From Bacteroidales bacterium (GTDB taxonomy: Bacteria > Bacteroidota > Bacteroidia > Bacteroidales > UBA7960), in NCBI GenBank assembly GCA_007118135.1, contig SKSE01000154.1, positions 5,465 through 69,464 of the forward strand: a DNA stretch of 64,000 nucleotides, given 5' to 3'. Positions 57,088-64,000 of the stretch are shown here, one piece after another. A program made the position numbers and the translations under genes. The number at the start of each line of letters is the position of its first letter. The first letter of the stretch is position 1. Below the pieces are notes generated by a model. It saw only the letters and a program-made list of their open reading frames with translations, made no database searches and had not been told where the DNA came from.

Positions 57088-57139
57088 AAAATAAGACTAA
57101 AAATTGTCATCAAAAGGATATTTATTGAATCCTTTGTTA

Positions 57140-57147
57140 TAAATTTG
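57140..57147 (+). promoter_or_regulatory. -7 box TAAATTTG upstream of tatA
   Basis: TAnnTTTG match 18 nt upstream of the ATG, implying a very short leader. Confidence 0.35.
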
Positions 57148-57164
57148 TTTCGTAAATACTTGTT

Positions 57165-57635
57165 ATGAATATCCCTGTTTTTTCCATATTACTTTTTGGT
57201 ATCAGCGGCGGTGAAATTTTTATCATCGTGCTACTGATACTGGTTTTCTTCGGACCCAAAAGAATACCCGAAATTGCTCGCACGTTAGGTAAAGGAATTA
57301 ACGAAATAAAAAAGGTTCAGCGTGATATTAATGCTGAGATTAATCGCTACTCCGACGAACTTGAAAAACCGGTAAAACAGGTTCAGGAAGATATTGAAGG
57401 ATTTAGTAAAGACTTAAATAAGGCTACCGATATAAAGTCTGATAATGATGCACCTTCTGATATTCAGGAAAATGAAAATAAAAACAAACCTGAAATAACT
57501 TCAGATGAGGATTTGCCATATCCTTACAGTCAGAATTATGATGATCCGGAAGAACCATCAGACAGCCAACAGTCTGCTGATGATAAAGAAAAACCATCAG
57601 ATAGCGAACAGTCTGCTAATGATAATGAAAAATAA
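57165..57635 (+). CDS. tatA: Twin-arginine translocase TatA/E-family subunit with a long acidic repeat tail
   Basis: Motif GGEIFIIVLLILVFFGPKRIPEIARTLGKGINEIKK. The tail contains the tandem units PSDSQQSADDKEK / PSDSEQSANDNEK. Confidence 0.8.
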   Translation: MNIPVFSILLFGISGGEIFIIVLLILVFFGPKRIPEIARTLGKGINEIKKVQRDINAEINRYSDELEKPVKQVQEDIEGFSKDLNKATDIKSDNDAPSDIQENENKNKPEITSDEDLPYPYSQNYDDPEEPSDSQQSADDKEKPSDSEQSANDNEK

Positions 57636-57756
57636 CAAAACCGAAATAATATTTTGCAATTTTGCGCTTTACTTTGCGTTTTAAATTACATCTGTTAGTT
57701 ATTAAAATACTTTCTAAAAGGTTTTCTATAAATTTTTTAATACTTCCTCCTTTTTT

Positions 57757-59811
57757 ATGAAGAAACTGTTCTTCCTATTTACCGTCTCTTTGTTTTTTTT
57801 CTTGTTGCCGGATAATGCTGAAGCACAAAACCGCCGCCTGGAACGTGCAGATCAGGCATTTGAACTTCGCCAGTACAGCAAGGCTGTAGAACAGTACCGC
57901 AGAGCATATAACCGTGTAAGAAGAAAAGACAGGAGAGAAGGAGTAAGAATTTTATACCAGCAGGCATTGTGTTATAAGTATCTGAATGACAACCGACGGG
58001 CAGAAGTTTTCTTTCGTCGCGCTGTCAGGGGAAATTATCCTGATCCGATAGCCATTTTTTATAAAGCTGATGCCATGATGAAAAATGGCAAGCATGAACT
58101 GGCCCTTGAACAATTCAAAAGATACAAAGAAAAAGTACCCGACGACTGGCGTGGAGACTGGGGTATTCGTTCTGTTGAGTTAGCTATGGAATTATTGGAC
58201 AATCCCGGATTGTATGAAGTAAGCTATGATAGAGTTATTAATTCAAGGCAGGATGATTTTGCTCCAGCGTTTGGAGATCAAAGGGGAAGTATTCTGATTT
58301 TTACATCATCGCGTGATGGAGCAGTTGGGTCTAAAACAGATCCATGGACTGGGCAGAATTTCACATCGCTCTATGTTACTTATCTGGATAGAAGAGGGCA
58401 ATGGGGCAATCCTGCCCTGCTTGACAATGGCCCTGTAAATACAGAATTTAACGAAGGTGCACCTTCGTTAAATCTTGCAGGTACTGATATGTATTTCACA
58501 CGTTGCCAGTCATTACCCGATAAAGAACTGGGTTGTCGAATTTTCCGCTCAGAAAGGCGTGGTGCTGAATGGGGCGCACCCACTGAACTCAATCTTATTT
58601 CTGATAGTACAATTTCTGTTGGCCATCCCGCAATTAGCCCCGATGAAATGAGTTTATATTTTGTTTCCGATATGCCCGGAGGAAAAGGAGGTAGAGACAT
58701 TTGGGTTGCTGAACGTGAAAGGGCAGGAGGTGAGTTTGTAAACCCTCGTAACCTTGGCCCGGAAATAAATACCCCCGGAGATGAAATGTTCCCTTATATA
58801 AGAGAGGACGGAACATTGTTTTTTGCATCTAATGGTCATCCCGGTTTAGGTGGCCTGGATATTTTTTATTCTGTTCGGGGCCCCGATGGCTGGAGTGAAC
58901 CTGTTAATTTAGGAACACCCATTAATAGTGAGGCAGATGATTTTGGTATAGTCTTCAGAAGTGGCACTGAATCCGGATTCTTTTCTTCCAACCGCACCGA
59001 GAGAGGATCAAGAGGAGATGCAATCTTTACATTTATGATTCCTCCGGTTGAATTTACTATGGCCGGTACAGTCCGGGATGACAGTACAAAACAAGTACTT
59101 GCCGGTGCACAGATACAGTTAATCGGTTCAGATGGTTCCTTTGCTCAGGCTGAGACTAACCAATCGGGCGAATATTTCTTTGACAAAGCCCGAATAAGAG
59201 AAAATACTACCTATGAAATCCTTGTGAGTAAGGAGAAATACTTTAACATTAGGAGTCAGCAATCAACAATTGGAATTGAAAGAAGTCGTGACTTTGTAAA
59301 TGACTTCTTCCTTGAGCCGATTCCTGATGAACCCATTGAATTGCCTGAGATTCTATATGAATTTGCAAGGTGGGAACTTTTACCACAATACCAGGATTCG
59401 CTCAACGGTCTTATTACAACTCTTCAGGATAATCCTGAAATTGTTATTGAGCTGGCATCACATACCGATAGCAGGGGTACTGATGCAGTAAATGATACAT
59501 TATCGCAACGAAGAGCTCAGTCAGTTGTTGACTATCTGATTGAACGCGGTATAAATCCTGCCAGGCTTGTAGCTGTGGGTTATGGTAAAAGAGTACCCCG
59601 AACCATTGAAAGAACCATGATAAGAGATGGATTCCGGTTTGAAGCCGACGTAGTACTTACCGAAGAATATATCAACAGTCTTCCAACAGAAAGGCACAGA
59701 GATGTAGCCCACCAATTAAACCGAAGGACAGAGTTTAGGGTAATTGGCGAAGATTTTGATCCGGGAGATGCCCGAAGAGAAGAAAGACCTGTGCAAATTA
59801 GAGATCGATAA
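57757..59811 (+). CDS. OmpA-family outer-membrane/periplasmic protein: TPR, PD40 (TolB-like) repeats, CarboxypepD_reg-like, OmpA C-domain
   Basis: Signal peptide and TPR-like N-terminus. Repeated ...P.ISPDE..LYF.S....G.GG.DI... units. C-terminal HTDSRGTDAVNDTLSQRRAQSV...NRRTEFRV. Confidence 0.8.
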   Translation: MKKLFFLFTVSLFFFLLPDNAEAQNRRLERADQAFELRQYSKAVEQYRRAYNRVRRKDRREGVRILYQQALCYKYLNDNRRAEVFFRRAVRGNYPDPIAIFYKADAMMKNGKHELALEQFKRYKEKVPDDWRGDWGIRSVELAMELLDNPGLYEVSYDRVINSRQDDFAPAFGDQRGSILIFTSSRDGAVGSKTDPWTGQNFTSLYVTYLDRRGQWGNPALLDNGPVNTEFNEGAPSLNLAGTDMYFTRCQSLPDKELGCRIFRSERRGAEWGAPTELNLISDSTISVGHPAISPDEMSLYFVSDMPGGKGGRDIWVAERERAGGEFVNPRNLGPEINTPGDEMFPYIREDGTLFFASNGHPGLGGLDIFYSVRGPDGWSEPVNLGTPINSEADDFGIVFRSGTESGFFSSNRTERGSRGDAIFTFMIPPVEFTMAGTVRDDSTKQVLAGAQIQLIGSDGSFAQAETNQSGEYFFDKARIRENTTYEILVSKEKYFNIRSQQSTIGIERSRDFVNDFFLEPIPDEPIELPEILYEFARWELLPQYQDSLNGLITTLQDNPEIVIELASHTDSRGTDAVNDTLSQRRAQSVVDYLIERGINPARLVAVGYGKRVPRTIERTMIRDGFRFEADVVLTEEYINSLPTERHRDVAHQLNRRTEFRVIGEDFDPGDARREERPVQIRDR

Positions 59812-59829
59812 TAAATATAAAATAAAACT

Positions 59830-59868
59830 GCATCCCTGGTATCTTAAATATCAGGGATGCTTATTTTT
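59830..59868 (+). terminator. Terminator after the OmpA/TPR gene, overlapping the -7 box TATTTTTG (59862-59869) of the next gene
   Basis: GCATCCCTG / CAGGGATGC stem followed by TTATTTTT. Confidence 0.7.
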
Positions 59869-59886
59869 GCAGAAAAATATTTTGCA

Positions 59887-61065
59887 ATGGCAGATAACTT
59901 AAAATATAACAGACGCGGAGTTTCCGCAAGCAAGGAAGATGTGCATAAAGCTATAAAAAACCTTGACAAAGGACTTTTTCCAAATGCATTTTGCAAGGTT
60001 ATTCCCGATATTTTAGGTGGTAATCCTGAATTCTGCAATATAATGCATGCTGATGGTGCCGGTACCAAATCATCACTGGCATATATTTACTGGAGAGAAA
60101 CCGGTGATATTTCGGTTTGGAAGGGAATAGCGCAGGATGCGATTGTAATGAACCTTGATGATCTGCTATGTGTAGGAGTTACTGATCAAATTCTTTTGTC
60201 TTCCACAATAGGACGAAATAAACACTTGATTCCCGGAGAAGTTATAGCGGCAATTATTAACGGAACTGAGGAGTTTATTGAGAAAATGCGCAAACATGGC
60301 GTAAACATTATTTCAACAGGAGGGGAAACAGCCGATGTGGGTGATCTTGTTAAAACCATCATAGTTGACTCAACAGTAACCGCCAGGCTGCCGCGAAAAG
60401 ATATTATTGCAAATGATAAAATTGCTCCTGGTGATGTAATTATCGGGATTGAATCCTTCGGAAAAGCAAGGTATGAAGATTCTTACAACGGAGGCATGGG
60501 AAGCAATGGACTGACTTCGGCCCGCCATGATGTTTTTTCGCGTGTGTATGCTGAAAAGTATCCCGAAAGTTATGATAACTCCCTGGATAAAGATGTGGTT
60601 TATACCGGAAGCAAGCTACTTACCGATAAAACAGATACTCCGGAAAGCATAGATGCAGGAAAGCTGGTATTGTCACCCACCCGCACTTATGCACCTGTTA
60701 TGGCTGAAATTCTGAAGCACTTCCGGAAGGAAATACATGGATTAATTCATAACAGTGGTGGTGCCCAAACCAAAGTTCTCAATTTCATTAACGATATGCT
60801 GATTGTTAAAAACAATCTGTTTGAAACCCCTCCGTTATTTCGAATGATACAGGAAGAATCAGGAACTGACTGGAAGGAAATGTTCCAGGTATTTAATATG
60901 GGTCACAGGATGGAGATTTATCTTGAAGAAAAATATGCATCTGAGATAATAGATATTTGTAAGTCATTTAATCTAAATGCCCAAATAGTAGGTTATTGCC
61001 AGCATGATAAGGGTAAAAAACTACTTATTGATTCAATACATGGCAAGTTTAGGTATGAATTGTAA
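59887..61065 (+). CDS. purM: AIR-synthase-related protein (Bacteroidota-type PurM-like phosphoribosylformylglycinamidine cyclo-ligase)
   Basis: Start chosen at MADNLKYNRRGVSASKEDVHKAI, because the ORF-track start at 59857 lies inside the terminator hairpin. Motifs DGAGTK and GGETAD. The symbol is tentative. Confidence 0.6.
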   Translation: MADNLKYNRRGVSASKEDVHKAIKNLDKGLFPNAFCKVIPDILGGNPEFCNIMHADGAGTKSSLAYIYWRETGDISVWKGIAQDAIVMNLDDLLCVGVTDQILLSSTIGRNKHLIPGEVIAAIINGTEEFIEKMRKHGVNIISTGGETADVGDLVKTIIVDSTVTARLPRKDIIANDKIAPGDVIIGIESFGKARYEDSYNGGMGSNGLTSARHDVFSRVYAEKYPESYDNSLDKDVVYTGSKLLTDKTDTPESIDAGKLVLSPTRTYAPVMAEILKHFRKEIHGLIHNSGGAQTKVLNFINDMLIVKNNLFETPPLFRMIQEESGTDWKEMFQVFNMGHRMEIYLEEKYASEIIDICKSFNLNAQIVGYCQHDKGKKLLIDSIHGKFRYEL

Positions 61066-61081
61066 TGCCGTTGATTTTTTG

Positions 61082-61089
61082 TAATTTTG
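61082..61089 (+). promoter_or_regulatory. -7 box TAATTTTG upstream of prfA
   Basis: TAnnTTTG match 78 nt upstream of the ATG. Confidence 0.4.
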
Positions 61090-61166
61090 CAGGCTGTTTT
61101 AATGATTGAATTTGGATTGTATTTCTTTTCTGATCCCGAATCAGAAATTTCAAATTGATAAAAAAT

Positions 61167-62240
61167 ATGTTGCTAGAAAAACTTGAAGCTATAAATAACA
61201 GGTTTAAGGAGGTTTCGCAATTAATAACCGATCCGGATATTATTGCAGATATGAAGCGCTATATCCAACTCAACAAGGAGTATAAGGATTTGGAAGAGAT
61301 TGTTGATGTATATCATGAATATAAAAATGTAACAGATAATATTAAGTCGTCCAAGGAAATCCTTTCCAATGAAAAAGATGAAGAGTTCCGCGAAATGGCA
61401 AAAATGGAACTTGATGAGCTTTCAGAAAAGAAGGAAGATCTTGAAGATAAGATAAAGATCATGCTTGTGCCTTCCGATCCTCAGGATGGGAAAAATGCTA
61501 TTGTTGAGATCCGTGCCGGAACCGGGGGGGATGAAGCTGCAATCTTTGCCGGTGATCTTTTCCGTATGTATACCAAATTTTGCGAGAAAAAGGGCTGGAA
61601 AACCGAGATTGTTGATATGAATGAAGGTACATCGGGAGGATTCAAAGAAATTGTTTTCAACGTTTCCGGCAATAAAGTTTATGGAACACTCAAGTATGAA
61701 TCGGGAGTACACCGTGTGCAGCGTGTTCCGCAGACTGAAACCCAGGGCCGCGTGCATACTTCCGCTGCTACGGTTGCCATTCTTCCTGAAGCCGATGAGT
61801 TTGATATTGATCTTAAGATGAGCGATGTCAGAAAAGATACTTACTGCTCATCAGGACCCGGAGGGCAATCAGTAAATACTACTTATTCAGCAATCAGGCT
61901 TACACACGTGCCATCGGGTATTGTTGTTACCTGTCAGGACCAGAAATCGCAGATCAAGAATTTTGAAAAAGCCCTGAAGGTACTTCGCACAAGACTTTTT
62001 GATATGGAATATAAAAAGTATCTTGACGAAATTGCATCACAACGTAAAACCATGGTCTCAACCGGCGACCGCTCAGCAAAAATTCGTACATACAACTATC
62101 CCCAGGGCAGGGTTACTGATCACAGGATAAGTTTAACCTTGTACAATCTTTCGGCAATTATGGACGGTGAAATACAGGAAATAATTGATGCGCTGCAGGT
62201 TGCCGAAAATGCTGAGAAACTCAAAGAAGGTGTTGCATAA
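61167..62240 (+). CDS. prfA: Peptide chain release factor 1
   Basis: Start at MLLEKLE. Motifs [14 protein letters not shown] (RF1 PxT) and [11 protein letters not shown] (GGQ). Confidence 0.9.
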   Translation: MLLEKLEAINNRFKEVSQLITDPDIIADMKRYIQLNKEYKDLEEIVDVYHEYKNVTDNIKSSKEILSNEKDEEFREMAKMELDELSEKKEDLEDKIKIMLVPSDPQDGKNAIVEIRAGTGGDEAAIFAGDLFRMYTKFCEKKGWKTEIVDMNEGTSGGFKEIVFNVSGNKVYGTLKYESGVHRVQRVPQTETQGRVHTSAATVAILPEADEFDIDLKMSDVRKDTYCSSGPGGQSVNTTYSAIRLTHVPSGIVVTCQDQKSQIKNFEKALKVLRTRLFDMEYKKYLDEIASQRKTMVSTGDRSAKIRTYNYPQGRVTDHRISLTLYNLSAIMDGEIQEIIDALQVAENAEKLKEGVA

Positions 62241-62250
62241 TTTTCTTCCC

Positions 62251-63093
62251 ATGAACTATGAAAAACTTGTTAGCCTCATAAAAGAAAAGAAATCCTTTCT
62301 TTGTGTCGGGCTTGATTCAGACCCTGATAAAATACCTGCCTTTTTGAATAATTATGATGATCCTGTATTTGAATTCAACAAAAGGATCATTGACGCCACC
62401 TTACCCTTTACTGTTGCCTACAAACCCAACATGGCATTTTATGAAAGTTCAGGTAGCAAAGGGTGGATGAGCCTGGAAAAGACCATGAAATACATCAATG
62501 GTCTTAATCAGGCTGTTTTTACCATTGCAGATGCCAAAAGAGGAGATATCGGTAACTCGGCATCTCGCTATGCAAAAGCTTTTTACGAAACCTTGGGCTT
62601 TGATGCAGTAACTGTTAGTCCATATATGGGTCATGATTCTGTTCAACCGTTTCTTAACTATAAAGATAACTGGACCATCATTCTTGCACTTACATCCAAT
62701 AAAGGTTCAGATGATTTTCAGGATTTACATCAATATGATCGAAACAAGCGAGGTGAAAAACTTTTTGAAACTGTAATTAAAAAATCATTAACATGGGAAA
62801 ACAGCCGGCAAATCATGTTTGTTGTGGGTGCCACAAAAGCTGATATGCTGGGTAAAATAAGAGAAATAGCCCCTGATTCATTTTTTCTGGTGCCGGGTGT
62901 AGGTGTACAAGGAGGAAGTCTTAAAGATGTTTCAAATGCAGCTCTTAATAAAGACTGCGGATTACTTATCAATGCCTCCCGGAGCATAATTTTTGCATCA
63001 ACTGATGAGAAATTTGATCTGGCTGCTGCTTTTGAAGCTTCAAAATTGCAAAAAGAAATGGAATGGCTTTTAAAACAAAAAGGAATTATCTGA
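62251..63093 (+). CDS. pyrF: Orotidine-5'-phosphate decarboxylase (type 2)
   Basis: Start at MNYEKLV, because the ORF-track start at 62185 overlaps prfA. Motifs LCVGLDSD, YKPNMAFYE, DAKRGDIGNS, PGVGVQGG. Confidence 0.85.
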   Translation: MNYEKLVSLIKEKKSFLCVGLDSDPDKIPAFLNNYDDPVFEFNKRIIDATLPFTVAYKPNMAFYESSGSKGWMSLEKTMKYINGLNQAVFTIADAKRGDIGNSASRYAKAFYETLGFDAVTVSPYMGHDSVQPFLNYKDNWTIILALTSNKGSDDFQDLHQYDRNKRGEKLFETVIKKSLTWENSRQIMFVVGATKADMLGKIREIAPDSFFLVPGVGVQGGSLKDVSNAALNKDCGLLINASRSIIFASTDEKFDLAAAFEASKLQKEMEWLLKQKGII

Positions 63094-63112
63094 AACTATA
63101 TAACTAATGAAA

Positions 63113-63148
63113 AACGGGTTCGCTAAATCAGGAACCCGTTTTTTTTAT
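63113..63148. terminator. Bidirectional terminator between convergent pyrF and ilvE
   Basis: AACGGGTTC / GAACCCGTT stem flanked by A4 and T8. Confidence 0.75.
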
Positions 63149-63152
63149 CTGT

Positions 63153-64000
63153 TTAATCCAGCAAAGTAACCCAGCCATGTGTATCAGGTTCTTCACCATA
63201 TTGAATAGCTTGTAATTTGTTGTAAAGCTTTTCAGATACCGGGCCTGCTTTTCCATCTTTGCAGAATTCATAAGTATGACCGCTTTCCCGGTCTACAATT
63301 TTTTTAATGGGTGAAATGATTGCTGCAGTACCACAAGCTCCTACTTCTTCAAAATCAGCCAGTTCTTCAACTGCGACAGGTCTGCGTTCTACTTCCATAC
63401 CCATGTCCTGAGCCAATTGCATAAGACTCTTATTGGTTATTGATGGCAAAATGGAATCAGACTTTGGAGTTATATATTTATTGCCTTTAATTGCAAAAAA
63501 GTTTGCCGGTCCAGCTTCATCTATATATTTTTTTTCTTTTGCTTCAAGGAATAGTACTGCTGCAAAACCTTCTGCTTTGGCTCTTTCACTGGCTTTCAGG
63601 CTTCCTGCATAATTTCCACCTACTTTTATAGCTCCTGTACCCAGGGGTGCTGCCCTGTCAAAATCTCTTACAATCTGAATGGTTACCGGGTTAAATCCTT
63701 CTTTGAAATAGGGGCCCACAGGTCCTACAAATACCATAAAAAGATATTCTTTTGCAGGGTTAACACCTACCTGAACACCAGTGCCGATGAGTAAAGGTCT
63801 GATGTAAAGTGCAGCTCCATGTCCGTAAGGCGGTACATATTTCTCATTAAGTTTTACTGCTTCAACCACCAATTTGTAGAAGATGTCATCAGGTACTTCT
63901 GCCATAAGAATACCCTGCGATGACTGGCGCATGCGTGCCGCATTGTCCTTCCAGCGGAAAAGTCTGATTTTTCCATCTTTTCCTCTGTAGGCTTTCATTC
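63153..64000 (-). CDS. ilvE: Branched-chain-amino-acid aminotransferase (N-terminus outside window)
   Basis: Motifs LKAYRGKDGKIRLFR, GTGAIKVGGNYA, FFAIKGNKYITP, GACGTAAIISPI. The frame is open to the window end. Confidence 0.85.
   Translation of the reverse strand, partial: MKAYRGKDGKIRLFRWKDNAARMRQSSQGILMAEVPDDIFYKLVVEAVKLNEKYVPPYGHGAALYIRPLLIGTGVQVGVNPAKEYLFMVFVGPVGPYFKEGFNPVTIQIVRDFDRAAPLGTGAIKVGGNYAGSLKASERAKAEGFAAVLFLEAKEKKYIDEAGPANFFAIKGNKYITPKSDSILPSITNKSLMQLAQDMGMEVERRPVAVEELADFEEVGACGTAAIISPIKKIVDRESGHTYEFCKDGKAGPVSEKLYNKLQAIQYGEEPDTHGWVTLLD

Noticed and set aside
59857-62250. N-terminally extended ORF-track starts for the purM-like gene (59857), prfA (61155) and pyrF (62185).
   Set aside because: The extensions run through a terminator hairpin or overlap the upstream gene, and they lack family-conserved residues. 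Internal ATGs at 59887, 61167 and 62251 give canonical N-termini.
1-64000. I looked for tRNA/rRNA/tmRNA/RNase P/SRP RNA signatures (T-loop GGTTCGAATC-like, GAGGAAAGTCC, GGGGCTGA...) and for transposase, integrase, RT or Cas-like translations.
   Set aside because: I recognised none by eye. This is a weak negative, and tRNAscan-SE, Infernal or HMM scans should confirm it.

Overview
This window reads as a chromosomal segment from an anaerobic Bacteroidota-type bacterium. Four things support that: recurrent TAnnTTTG -7 promoter boxes, a T9SS C-terminal sorting domain, a fused SecDF, and an rpmG-DUF4295 pair next to a long-form IspG. I count about 52 protein genes, mostly housekeeping. They include an Mrp-type antiporter module, two acyl-CoA ligases with a crotonase/HAD/thiolase trio, and a BlaI/BlaR1 pair. 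They also include ispG, rpmG, ftsY, rimO, PFOR (nifJ), a 4-subunit 2-oxoacid:ferredoxin oxidoreductase, ggt, beta-carbonic anhydrase, tcdA, secDF, tatA, a purM-like gene, prfA, pyrF and ilvE (truncated by the window end). I recognised no rRNA, tRNA, CRISPR array, cas gene, transposase, integrase or reverse transcriptase. I cannot point to a convincing new multi-gene system. The best leads are these. (1) The largest gene-free gap (42106-42683) has an orphan promoter box, a perfect 16-nt GC-palindromic direct repeat and foldable sequence, upstream of an overlapping HD-hydrolase/GNAT pair. (2) The essential ispG gene carries one in-frame TAG between its catalytic and Fe-S domains. (3) The BlaI/BlaR1 module has two perfect palindromic operators bracketing its promoter, and its sensor domain is built from 27-aa tandem repeats. 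(4) A 1408-aa LTD/PA14/CotH/T9SS protein sits next to an orphan 516-aa membrane protein and an OmpA-family gene. All small-feature coordinates were counted by hand and may be off by 1-2 nt. Functional calls rest on motifs I recognise in the translations, not on database searches.
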